A stretch of DNA of 64,000 bases from the IMG/VR virus record IMGVR_UViG_3300018878_000100; one strand, written 5' to 3'. This document shows, piece by piece, positions 38,401 to 47,163 of the stretch (position 1 is its first letter; each line of letters starts with the position of its first letter). Below the pieces are notes generated by a model that had not been told where the DNA came from, did not search any database, and saw only the letters and a program-made list of their open reading frames with translations. Made by a program: the position numbers and the translations under genes. The stretch is from a virus.

Positions 38401-40487
38401 CATATGAAATTCCCACTTTAAATGTTACTACCGATGAATTAGAAGCAAATCCTGGATTATACTTAGAAGGTTTCTTCGAGGGTAGTTCCAAGATGAATAC
38501 AGTTAAATTTATTGGCGGTAAATTAGGTTATAATAGTTACATCATTCTAAAGCAATTGTATACTTTAAATAATAATGCTGGTAATGCCAATGTAACCATG
38601 ACTGATGTTGAATGGTGTCCTTATACTCATTTAACTGAAGGTGACGTATTTGATGCTTCTAAGAAGTATTACATTGATAATGGTCACTATGGATTTACTC
38701 TGTATAATCCTGATGGTTATGTCTATAATGAAAAGCAGTTCAATATTGATGTATTGAGTGGTGGCTTGTATCGTGACGATGGACATGGCGGCCGCACTGA
38801 GGCTGGCGAATTTGCAGCAGACATTACTAATGTTGCCGATGATGCAATTACTATGTTAACCAATTTGTATAGTAATCCTCGCTTCAAGGATGCTAGTGGT
38901 CTAAATAGACCTAATATTACTGGTGTAATTTATATCAATAATACTACTCCTATTGAAGAAAGTTCTATTCAGGATACTTTACAGATGTATTATCCTAACT
39001 TAACATTCTTCTTTGCTAACGTTACTCCTGCATACTCTGCTAAATTCGTTTTAGTAGATAAAGATACTGGTGCAGAAGGATTCGTTGATTACTTAAGTTC
39101 TGATGGATATGGACCTAGTGTTCAGAAGATTAGTCAAGAAGCTATGGCTGGGGATTCCACTTTGTGGTTTACTAACCCATATAGCTTGTATAAAGTAGAA
39201 AGAGCCCACTGGGATTTCTATGGTTGGTCTACTTCTTCCAATGCCGCAGACAAGAGTAAAATTATTTATGGTGATATCAACGATGATATGACTGACGCAG
39301 AAAAGATTGCTGCTCATAATGTAGCTTGGATGGCTGCAAAATCTAAGCTGTTCGCAGCTGATAAGTTTGACTATCCTTTCTATGCTATTTTAACTGAGCA
39401 TGAATACGAAGCAGTCTTCTTAGATTACTTCGACCCAACATATAGACAAGTAGCTAAGGTTGCTTACAGTGATAAGGGTTCTTATATGAATGATAATGTT
39501 CCCGCACCTGTAAACCTAACTGCCGATGATTTGTATATGCGTAATGCATTTAAGGGCTGGACTAATGACATTGAAAAGGCTAAAGTTATTTACGGTGAAA
39601 ATGTTCCTGATGAAGAACTTCCTTTAATCAATGTTTCTATGTATCCTGCAACCAGAGATTATACATTCTATGCGGTATATAAGAAGGAAAGTGTTTTTGC
39701 AAATGTAACTGACCCAGTGAAATACTTTAATTACACTGTAGGTTCTAGTTATACTGACGCATATGGTGAAGGCGGAACTTATGATTATTCTAATGGATAC
39801 ATTTTATCTTTGAAGCCTGAATATAAGAATGGCTTCTTGAAAGGTAAGATTACTTTACCAACTCGAACTCCTTCTGGCATTGATGGTGTAACCGCTGGAC
39901 AACCAATCTATGAATATCGTGGATTCACTGAAGATGAGTATATTACTCATATCTTCTTTGATAGTGCAGCTACTTGTGAAGTTCGTATTATTTACAACAA
40001 TTTCTTTGCTCGTATGAAAGCTTTGAAATATGTTGACTTCCCCGCAATGAAGAAGTTGAGAGTTATTAATAATGGCGCTTTTGAAAGCTGTCCTTACTTT
40101 AGTAACTTTACATTCTGCGACCCATTAGTATTGATTCAAACTTACGCTTTCTCTGCTACTGGTAACTTAGCTGAACCTGTTGATTGCGTATTGAATCCAA
40201 TGCTAAGAGATATTTTAGGTGGAGCAATTTCTTGGGGTATTGCATTGAAAACCTTAACTATTGGTGCAGAAAATTCTCCTTCTCAGTTAACTCAAGAAAA
40301 ATGGTTAAAGAACAAGAGAGATGTCGCTTGTATCGAAAATGGTCAAGGCTCTAGACCTTCTGTCGTAACTATTTATTGTCCATCTGGTATGGAAACCACT
40401 TGGAATGATTGGATTGTTGGTGGAGCTAATGGTCAACCATTCGTAACCGTTGACAGTATTGATAATATCTCTATTGTCGGAAAATAA
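32436..40487 (+). CDS. Giant 2683-aa putative adhesin or receptor-binding protein with BspA-type leucine-rich repeats and YY-type tandem repeats. It has no TAG codons.
   Basis: The 8052-nt ORF is intact with an AAAGGAG site and a TAATAA stop. BspA-like LRR segments are visible (…KEVNFCNIGLVNETALDFSS…TSVTFADGVALNTLYLPASVGSLALT…; …LKYVDFPAMKKLRVINNGAFESCPYFSNFTFCDPLVLIQTYAFSATGNL…). Three repeats of about 35 aa (G.YY.....G.Y.I....FD.N..YY) lie at about 36180-36620. GC content and codon usage are visibly higher than in flanking genes. Confidence 0.8.
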   Translation: MSENYGVKFIPVRGYDSKIQRAEVKDGWIYFATDSGKIYVDSQGQRTIMGSAGAAIYYGEVEKPEVNEDTGYATLPKSAVKGDPKKGDLILNSDGGFYKVELIGEENYTCELLSISGTGGGPGVSTTTRPSITLTLDNTNFINGQEAYFHIHAESALEADGVTPVDTTLNVVYSLGTRISDEVIDNYTTQTRTYKTGESDYEGVPGIIDDYIEIGSLLRESSSSVLSVYVQGANHDEKSRTRTVDLSTSALKLSQVSGYNPATRYPTSGFQIKCGVVGSLSKVLDFYYDDMNTPAETRVIEANVANSTQTFTVGTDKATHGYHTVRIELWQNTGTSSNPKRGLGVAPLQYEIAVIETSNANAKPVIWLGDYKAEYYNYDTIQIPFLVWDPANTNSTKVHLYKNNIELESSPREVKDFSKFDYWEIADAEMNALNSYQISCGETDEKFVKREIEFKVVKDPNRDMTVEQAGLLLDFSATGRSNSESAAKRQLWSYTLNGEKKNAIFENFNWYNNGWMMDSSINQSCLRISNGARLTIPFQQMVFAAGVSGQESHTVEMQFRIRNVQKYDNLITNITRYQGDGVWYEAFKAQKDTGYSNYDAYLQATLDPDTYDNLKFQTVEKNINITNVAAGLYDYDATNVKATGFCVGTQDAFFSNGENTVNVNFVEDELINLSFVYQDSLKYLYIYINGVITGVIKSTDPDAFTINSGNFVFDSSNCDIDLYKLRIYNSDLNVNQIVQNFSVDRKNVKIFDQSNAYALAEENNNLKEFQFSYEAMLRYNEAHPNEPLMPYIIYDTGNATLPYSKDDTKYISVEFVNTNLERAYANGELETLARADGLIAEGETDSDKIKEGVRLYYKHHCPSWISTMTSGDKVEFAVQGTSSEFYPRRNYKIKTKVEGEFNWKPIADFTDKEKAELKPEELEKLNAESGLYMEEDSLNIFLNRGPYAEVFVSDKAKLAQDSKYLGHEECRCADGWYMNNYTNGTDRWTMKVDYMESSGSYNAGFASMVGNGYTKHPLQDYLALLNNTNKLEPVVDSSVIKGIQWGDYRTSLLGFPVMAFQKTGSGDNAKYTFIGFYRMLLDKSSTQVLGFKPSKKVTNKLFPKGLNDEGKMEYKAVRDVAECWEFSNNARGYCSYRDPWSRVELSFTPPTNSTVSNGGYNANEAPVVANSFEYRYHSKDDYIDILYNFKQATQGELDEVAEELGTGTIPKGDLEAGAKALLSTHTNWEKVCKWLWSTNLDAVVSQGTYSKVPVGDTAYEPGVYYVVDGDSYAISNADFDENTTYYVKSEVNYDVISLTAETYISGKYYILNADGEYVIDASTFDANKIYYEQVIEDRYIPVNVCPAEYVYVKGKFYVLTAGGNTVSTTDDVYALSNEEFAGGTTYYEFKDDTLDTLNSRFDLLIAPVDIENATYDANTQYYTWHGMDYDMNDAANGVVINPGHPTGAVRAVETPSQEDWAKGLYYVAAPKEYAGKVYTHDTKEYRAAKFTNEFEDHFDPEYVATYFVMTEVMELYDSRGKNCMMASWGPHEAGGEYIWYPIFYDIDTQLGINNTGIPSFEFNVDATEAGNFSTSDSILWNNFYKFFKDTWIVPKYRNLRGNDTPKFAKLLNADGTSKAPLQSVDYIEKWYTFNPDATNNIACEGERPLLATNLDMYFKYITICNPKAKEEGVAHLGGEGSGGAFAEPDTGTYFYALQGDRSQSRQQFVGNRLEYIDSWLTQGNYARGGANRLWGRISANNRSDLDSDITDVHSDKWTNSVDDPYWVNNVPFGTKTHEFDSEYWIEPTPIRSAYVTAGDDSMNYPSKKYDGIHKMQFVLNELENGIKNSDNYPEQLLYIYGTNQMSDFGDLSKMYWTEFKLEGKADKLTRLKLGHDGTTIDYKDSNASTKTEIGWYNKKLNGITVPTSLPLLKEVNFCNIGLVNETALDFSSSEKMENFRATGASNLTSVTFADGVALNTLYLPASVGSLALTQANLLTELIGHDEDHAYEIPTLNVTTDELEANPGLYLEGFFEGSSKMNTVKFIGGKLGYNSYIILKQLYTLNNNAGNANVTMTDVEWCPYTHLTEGDVFDASKKYYIDNGHYGFTLYNPDGYVYNEKQFNIDVLSGGLYRDDGHGGRTEAGEFAADITNVADDAITMLTNLYSNPRFKDASGLNRPNITGVIYINNTTPIEESSIQDTLQMYYPNLTFFFANVTPAYSAKFVLVDKDTGAEGFVDYLSSDGYGPSVQKISQEAMAGDSTLWFTNPYSLYKVERAHWDFYGWSTSSNAADKSKIIYGDINDDMTDAEKIAAHNVAWMAAKSKLFAADKFDYPFYAILTEHEYEAVFLDYFDPTYRQVAKVAYSDKGSYMNDNVPAPVNLTADDLYMRNAFKGWTNDIEKAKVIYGENVPDEELPLINVSMYPATRDYTFYAVYKKESVFANVTDPVKYFNYTVGSSYTDAYGEGGTYDYSNGYILSLKPEYKNGFLKGKITLPTRTPSGIDGVTAGQPIYEYRGFTEDEYITHIFFDSAATCEVRIIYNNFFARMKALKYVDFPAMKKLRVINNGAFESCPYFSNFTFCDPLVLIQTYAFSATGNLAEPVDCVLNPMLRDILGGAISWGIALKTLTIGAENSPSQLTQEKWLKNKRDVACIENGQGSRPSVVTIYCPSGMETTWNDWIVGGANGQPFVTVDSIDNISIVGK

Positions 40488-40503
40488 TAAAGGAGGATAA
40501 AAA

Positions 40504-40713
40504 ATGACTAAACAAGTTTTATATACTTACTTAGGTACTAATGGTACTATTTGTTCTCCTGTGCATTTAGAAGATGTTTATTATATTAGAAAATATCGTC
40601 TAACTGCAGACCAGGGTAAGCGTTTGACTTGCGATGGCAAGACTTACCATGATACCGTAGTAATTCCAGAAGCTGACCTTCCTCTTTGGAAAGAAGTTGC
40701 TGGACAGAAATAA
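40504..40713 (+). CDS. Hypothetical 69-aa protein
   Basis: An AAAGGAGG site precedes the ATG and the ORF ends in TAA. Confidence 0.5.
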   Translation: MTKQVLYTYLGTNGTICSPVHLEDVYYIRKYRLTADQGKRLTCDGKTYHDTVVIPEADLPLWKEVAGQK

Positions 40714-40747
40714 TTTAATTATTTAATTAAATTATCAAAATAATAGA

Positions 40748-40776
40748 GGGAGAGAGTAATCTCTCCCTCGCAAATT
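40748..40776 (+). terminator. Stem-loop, a possible terminator
   Basis: GAGGGAGAG pairs with CTCTCCCTC across a GTAAT loop. The following T-run is weak. Confidence 0.35.
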
Positions 40777-40799
40777 TAAAGAAAGGATGATATTTAGAA

Positions 40800-42731
40800 A
40801 TGATTACTTCTATTAAAAATGCAGATTATTCATTCCTTTTTGCAGATGCTGGAAAGCTACTGTTAGAGCTGGATAGCCAGGGAAAATTGAAGACTCCTCT
40901 GCAGCAAGCTGAAAAAGACGAATTAAATCAATTCGATCGTTTCTCTTCTTTGGAGAAGTATTTTACCCGTTTGGGAGACTTGGTCGATAATGCTGATAAC
41001 CCAATTAAATATTTAATGTTGCCTTTAGATGAACCTTGTTTAGAGGTAAATGCTAATACTAGAATTATTACTATTCCTGATGGTTTCAAGAAATACGGCG
41101 CTGGCGTTCAAGGTGACGTAATTGCCGAGACTTTGTTCTTACGCATTGACCGCTTCTTCGATTCTATGGACTTCATGATGACTGAGCCTTATATTCAGTG
41201 GAAGCTGAAAAATGGTGAGCAGGGCGCAACTCCTATTCCTTATATGGATTATGAGAGCGAGCATCATTTAGGTAAGTTGATTTTGGTATGGCCTTTAACT
41301 GGTGCAGTTACCGCACAAGAAGGTCCTGTTGAATTCTCTTTACGTTTCTTAAAGAGAGATGGCGACAAGGTTGTTTATAGCTGGAACTCTGTTCCTGCAA
41401 CTATCACTATTAAGCAGGCATTAAAGCCCGTAGTTGATTATGTTGAATATGATGATGCTGCTTCTTTATTTAAGCTAGCAATTGAAAATAGTGAGCATAC
41501 TTCTGATAGTGATACTGTAGACCCACCTTCCTTCGATGCTCCTGGCTATTCTATTGGTTTTGAAAACAATGTTATTCATTTGGATAAGAATAACGCTGTA
41601 ACTTTGGCTGGTCAAGCTTGGGTTGAAGGTCAGGGACATTTGTCTTATGATTGGGAGTACAGTAACTTAACTGGCAATATTGTCGTTGCTGGTATCAATG
41701 TTCAAGGTGCTGAAACTACAGCTTTCAAGGAAACTGAAGATGATGCTCCAGTTGAGTATAAGGTTTACTATGTACAAAACGCAAGTGCTACTCCTTATGG
41801 ATATGAGGAATTGCCTCATAATCAGTTCGAAACCACTAAGGAAGAGAATATCGCTATTTATGAGCGTTATGCCATTTATAGAATTACTGAAAGCATTAGT
41901 CCTGCTGCTGATGCTCCTGGTGTTGTAACTGGTACTTACAAGCTAATTGCTAAACATAAGCTAGGATTCCCTTCTGCTTCTAAGTCTTTGAGTGTTACTA
42001 TTCCTGGTCCCGAGGTTTTGGAATTCGTTTCTGGTGATAAAGACGCTGATGAAAAAGCTTTAGGATTGCCTGCAAATGGTATTTTACTAGATGAAAATGA
42101 TGGCTTAACATTGAATGTTGAAGTTAAGAATGATGGTGCGCCTGCTGCAGCTTATCAGTCTATGACTTATTTGTGGAAGAAGAATGTTAACGATGACAAA
42201 GAAGATGGCATGGTTGATGTTATTTCTCACACTTATGATAATAATACCGAGGGTAAGATTGGTAAAGTCACTGATGATTTGACTTTAGAGACTGCTGAAC
42301 CCGGCTGGTATAAGGTTTATGTTACTTCTATGTTGAACCGCGATGATATTGCTATTGAGAGTAATGTTGCTCGTGTGACTAGAGCTCCAGAAGCTCCAGT
42401 CTTGAAATATCCTGCTTCTTCTGAATATTCTAAGCAGCTTGAGGCTCAAGCATTCCCCAACCGCTTAGTTGAAATTGTGATTGAGCATGAGGCTTTTGAT
42501 GAGCCTGTAGCTTTACACTCTGATAGACTAATCTATGAGTGGTACGATGAAGATAAGCTATTGACTCAGGACACTCCTGGTGTTAGCTTTGATGGCAATA
42601 AGCTATTGATTGATGGTAGTAACATTCATGGTGACGTTATGTTCATCCATTGCTATGTAACTAATGAATTAAATGGTGCCTACTCCGCAAGAGAAGATGC
42701 TCACTCTGGTAACTTTGTTGTAAGTTTCTAA
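40800..42731 (+). CDS. Structural protein of 643 aa with no TAG. Its N-terminal domain is paralogous to the next gene.
   Basis: The ORF is intact with a GAAAGGA site and ends in TAA. It shares a domain with the 42753 gene (…RIDRFFDSMDF…LILVWPLTGAVTAQEGPVEFSLRFLK… against …KVDRFFDYMDL…MLIPWCIDGGATAVAGTVQYSIRFYK…). Confidence 0.65.
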   Translation: MITSIKNADYSFLFADAGKLLLELDSQGKLKTPLQQAEKDELNQFDRFSSLEKYFTRLGDLVDNADNPIKYLMLPLDEPCLEVNANTRIITIPDGFKKYGAGVQGDVIAETLFLRIDRFFDSMDFMMTEPYIQWKLKNGEQGATPIPYMDYESEHHLGKLILVWPLTGAVTAQEGPVEFSLRFLKRDGDKVVYSWNSVPATITIKQALKPVVDYVEYDDAASLFKLAIENSEHTSDSDTVDPPSFDAPGYSIGFENNVIHLDKNNAVTLAGQAWVEGQGHLSYDWEYSNLTGNIVVAGINVQGAETTAFKETEDDAPVEYKVYYVQNASATPYGYEELPHNQFETTKEENIAIYERYAIYRITESISPAADAPGVVTGTYKLIAKHKLGFPSASKSLSVTIPGPEVLEFVSGDKDADEKALGLPANGILLDENDGLTLNVEVKNDGAPAAAYQSMTYLWKKNVNDDKEDGMVDVISHTYDNNTEGKIGKVTDDLTLETAEPGWYKVYVTSMLNRDDIAIESNVARVTRAPEAPVLKYPASSEYSKQLEAQAFPNRLVEIVIEHEAFDEPVALHSDRLIYEWYDEDKLLTQDTPGVSFDGNKLLIDGSNIHGDVMFIHCYVTNELNGAYSAREDAHSGNFVVSF

Positions 42732-42752
42732 TAACTTGAAAGGAGAGGTAAA

Positions 42753-43340
42753 ATGATTATTTCAACCGAAGAATATTATAAGTATCTTGCTTATATTCAA
42801 TCAAACAATCGGCCAACAATTGCTATTTTACCTTCGTCTGAAAAAGTCTACAATATTGACTTAAAAACTCGTCAAATTGAAACGCCAGAGTATCTGAGTG
42901 TTGAACATGACCATAAATCTGAAACGGTCTATTTTAAAGTAGACCGTTTCTTTGATTATATGGACTTGTCACAAACAGTATGCATCGTTCAATATGTAAC
43001 CGCAGATAATAAGGCTCGCATTTATGCAGTACCTTTTTATGATGTTACTTCTTATGCTGACGAGGAAAAAATGTTGATTCCTTGGTGTATTGATGGCGGT
43101 GCAACTGCGGTCGCAGGTACAGTCCAATATTCAATTCGATTCTACAAGGTTGATGAAGTAGGACAGCAATTTATTTATAACTTAAACACTCGTCCAACAA
43201 AGAGTAAAGTATTATATGGTATGGATGTTCAAAAAATTAATCATGATTATGATTTAGCTCCTACTGTATATGATGAAATTATCCAAAAGTTGGATGAATT
43301 TAGTGAAGCTTTAGGTAGCTTCTGGGAAGAGTTATATTGA
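42753..43340 (+). CDS. 195-aa protein paralogous to the N-terminal domain of the 40800 gene, with no TAG
   Basis: An AAAGGAGAGG site precedes the ATG and the ORF ends in TGA. Confidence 0.65.
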   Translation: MIISTEEYYKYLAYIQSNNRPTIAILPSSEKVYNIDLKTRQIETPEYLSVEHDHKSETVYFKVDRFFDYMDLSQTVCIVQYVTADNKARIYAVPFYDVTSYADEEKMLIPWCIDGGATAVAGTVQYSIRFYKVDEVGQQFIYNLNTRPTKSKVLYGMDVQKINHDYDLAPTVYDEIIQKLDEFSEALGSFWEELY

Positions 43341-43348
43341 TAGTTTTA

Positions 43349-43380
43349 GGGAGAGATTTTATATCTCTCCCTTTTTTTTA
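43349..43380 (+). terminator. Rho-independent terminator
   Basis: GGGAGAGAT pairs with ATCTCTCCC across a TTTATA loop. A T8 run follows. Confidence 0.7.
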
Positions 43381-43458
43381 TTTGGCCCAAAAGGGAAAAA
43401 TAGATTATTTTAAATCTCAGTATTAATAGAACAAATTAGAGGGAAAGGAGGCAGTTTC

Positions 43459-44343
43459 GTGGCTGATTTAGCTTTACAGTTTAAGTAGGGTCAATATGCT
43501 TCAGGTAAGTTTGATAATTCAAATGCAAATCATTTGAAACACGAAGCTGGTACCCTTTATCTTGCAACTAATGAAGATTATTCTGCTTATTTATTATTTG
43601 ATGATGGCGTTAACTTTTTGAATATTATTCCATAGATGTTAGGTTATCACCACGGTGGTACTGGTGTTGATTTATCAAAGAATACTCCCGCAAATGCAGT
43701 TTTAATTCAGAATACTACTTTAAATGGTATTGCTAGTGTTGCAAGTGCAAAAGGTGCTTTTTATTCTACTGGAACAAATTTAACACCTCAATTTGGAACA
43801 TTGCCTGTCAATGTTGGTGGTACCGGTATTACTACTGCAACAGCTGGTGGTATTTTATATGGTAATGGAACTAATGCTTTCAAAGTAACGGCAAAAGGCG
43901 CAAAATCTGCTATCTTAGTCGGTGGTAATGGAACTCCCGCATTTGCGGCTCCCGCAGTTTCTTGGATTGCAGGTACAACTGCAGGTCCCACATTTAGATT
44001 TGCATTAAATGGAACAAATTTTGATGCAGTTATTCCTTCTGCTTCAACTACTGCTTCTGGTATTATTACTAATGATATTCAAACCATTGGAGGCCATAAA
44101 ACTTTCAATGATGGTCTTACTATTAATGGTACTGCAAAATTTAATGGTGGATTTTAGATTGTTGGTGGTATTGATGCATATTATAATTCTTCTAGTGACC
44201 AATCTGTCGGTTCATTAGAAGTTATTGGTGGTATTACCGCCACAATGAATATGCGTGTTGACGGAGGAGCTATTCAATTTAAAAAAGCTGGTAAAATTCA
44301 ATATGATGATACAAAAGAATGTTTTAATTTTGTATTCGCATAA
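43459..44343 (+). CDS. Tail fibre protein, copy 1, about 294 aa, read through 3 TAG codons
   Basis: An AAAGGAGG site lies 7 nt upstream of GTG 43459. Frame 1 runs through track ORF 43636.. to TAA 44341-44343. Fibre motifs are present (LPVNVGGTGITTATAGG; ASGIITNDIQTIGGHKTF). It is paralogous to the 47164 gene. Confidence 0.6.
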
Positions 44344-44355
44344 GGTGGTGGCAAT

Positions 44356-46773
44356 ATGAGTTTACAAGTATGGTTACCATTAAATAATCATATTAATAAC
44401 CAAGGATTAAATACTATTCGTTTTAAAAGCTCAAATGTTTCTTACACTCAAGGTAAGTTGGGCTATTGCGCTAGTGGCACCATTCAAGGAACTGCCGCAG
44501 AATTAAATTCAACAGATGGTTTTTGTTGTAGTTTCTGGTGGAATATTGCCAATGGAGATAGCTATAATATTAAATTTCCTATTACTAACACAGGTATTGA
44601 TGATATTTTTAATATGGCAAAAATGGATTATACTTCCAATTATGCTATTAAATTACATTGCAATAATAACAAACCTCAAATGATTTGGATTTATGATACT
44701 CGTTCTACTTCTGGAGTATGGGAGCTTGGAACCTGGAATCATTATGTTATTAATGTTAATAATGGAGATTTCGGTGTATAGGTAAAAGTATTTGTAAATG
44801 GAGCTTTAAAACATCAATACAATAGCGCTGATTATAATTTTACATTACGCCCTGGTACCATTAGTATTAGTGGAACAGCAAAAATGAATGATTTTAGATT
44901 ATATGACCATCCACTTTGTCTAAAAGAAATTGATGAATTAAGTAGAGGTCTAATGCTTCATTATCCTTTACGAGATAGTACTTTACAAAGCACAACTAAT
45001 TATTTATTGTATCCAACCCCTGGTAGTAGAGTAAGTGCTGGATGGGACTCTTCTTTACATCCAAATGCTATTAATGTATCTGGATTTACTGCAGGGTATA
45101 ACAGTGGTGTTGATTCACCAACAATTGGTTATCATGCCTATTGGAATGTTATAGATGACGTGCCTACAATGGTGTTTCCAAATTTAAATTCAGCATATAA
45201 TTATAAAGGCCGTTGGTTAGGAATTTCTTCATGGGGTACTGTTAATTTAGCGTAGGCGATTGGTAAAGGTAATAAATATACTATTTCTTTTGAAGCTAAA
45301 AGTGATATAAAAGGTAAAACAGTACAGTTTGGTTTATATTATAGAAAAAATGGAGCAACTTCAAATAACTTCCATGATGGACAACATTAGTAGAGCTTAA
45401 CTACAACTTGGAAAAAATATTCATACACTTGGACTCTTGGACAAGACGGTGATAGTTCTAATGTGGGAGCAGTATATATGTATGGTCATTATGGTATTGA
45501 AGGAACTGCTTATGTAAGAAATATTTAGTTAGAAATTAATGACCATGCAACAGATTATGTTTCTGGTAGTAGAGAAGCTTCTAAGGTCTATGACTGTTCG
45601 GGTTTTGGACATCACGGTCGTGTAGTAGGAGCAGTATCGATGATGCCAGATTCTAGTCGCAATAAATATTCTGCATACATCACAGATGGTCGTAGTAATT
45701 ATATTGCAAGTGATACTATGATATTTCCAAAAGATAGTATAACTATGAGTTGCTGGGTTAAAGGTAGTAACGCAGGATATAGTAATTATCATATTCCATT
45801 AAGCTTTGGTAGTGCTAATTATGAATTTTCATTGGAGGGAACGACTGGTAAATTCCGCGCTGGATATGTTATTAGTGGAACTCGCTAGTGCGTAACAACA
45901 AATGGTACTACTATTGATGGGAAATGGCATATGATTACATCTACATTTGATGGAACAACTATTCGTAGATATGTTGATGGAATACCTTTAACATCTACTG
46001 CGGCCGCAGGTACTTTATCCGGTGGTACTGGTAATTTATTGGTTGGTAATTATAATGGTACTACATATGGTAATAGTAAATTATATACTAGTGATGTTAG
46101 AATTTATGCTACAGCACTAGATGAACTATAGATTAAAGAATTATATTTAAATGGTGCCACTGTAGATAATGGTGGTAATGTTTATGCTTATGAGTTCACT
46201 GAAGAGGGCGACAACTCAGTCTTTAAAGAAGGAGTAGTTGACTTTGAGAATTTTATTGAGTATAATATTAATAAGATAATGAGATATGATGGTGATTTGT
46301 GGGTACAAATTTTACATCATAATAATAGAGCTGGTACTAAGTATTTTACACCATCTAATGCCGCCAATCATACAGAAGAAGACTTATATAGTAGGCTTTA
46401 TTTAACTGAATAGTTAAGAGGAGCTGATGGTGCATTTGAATTTTTAGTTTTGCAACCTGATGATGATGCAGGTACTGTATATAGATGGATTCAAACAAAT
46501 AATCCAAACAATACAACTTCTGTAACAGGATTTAAAAACATTTCTAATATGAGTGGAGGATTAGTAAAATGCTCGGGTAATACTCATTGGGCAATTTCAA
46601 CCTCTACTGGAAATTGGTGGAATGCAGTGGGATGCTGGACCGCTTATAATGGAGGCATTCCTGGATTTGGTAAAAAAACTATTAAAGGGTCTTTAGATGT
46701 GTATGTAAAGTTAGATAAAAGAACAAGCTTTTTAATCGACTCTATTGAAACTCAAAACTATTATGAATTTTAA
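44356..46773 (+). CDS. Receptor-binding-like protein, copy 1, about 805 aa with two LamG/concanavalin-like domains, read through about 8 TAG codons
   Basis: Frame 1 is continuous through track ORFs 44356.., 44884.., 45640.., 45931.. and 46450.. to TAA. LamG_3-type motifs are present (…MNDFRLYDHPLCLKEIDELSRGL…; …GNSKLYTSDVRIYATALDEL(Q)IKELY…). It is paralogous to the 49432 gene at both the N- and C-termini. Confidence 0.6.
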
Positions 46774-46862
46774 CTTGGACTAATAAGATTAAAGTTCATG
46801 AAATAAACATCATTATTATTGAGAATAAATCTCAAAATTGAATTGAAAAGGAGATTACAATT

Positions 46863-47084
46863 ATGTTAAGAATGGACAATATGAATGTCAACTTTAATGG
46901 CGCTAGCGTAGTTGACGATGTTGTAGTCGCAAATATGAGCGCAAGTTATTCTGGTGCTGAGGTATATTTCAACATGACTATTATTGACTTGGATGGTTAT
47001 AATGGTAACAAAGAAGTTGTTGAATTAGACTTTGATAATTTCAAGGATAAAGCCTTAGAGGGCATCAACGGAATTGCACTCTAA
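46863..47084 (+). CDS. Hypothetical 73-aa protein
   Basis: An AAAGGAGA site precedes the ATG and the ORF ends in TAA. A strong terminator follows. Confidence 0.5.
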   Translation: MLRMDNMNVNFNGASVVDDVVVANMSASYSGAEVYFNMTIIDLDGYNGNKEVVELDFDNFKDKALEGINGIAL

Positions 47085-47092
47085 TAATTCAT

Positions 47093-47128
47093 AGGGGTGA
47101 GGATTTATCCTCACCCCTATTTTTTTTT
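47093..47128 (+). terminator. Rho-independent terminator
   Basis: AGGGGTGAGGAT pairs with ATCCTCACCCCT. A T9 run follows. Confidence 0.7.
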
Positions 47129-47163
47129 GATATATAGATTTTGAAGAAAAGGAGTGAAAAATT

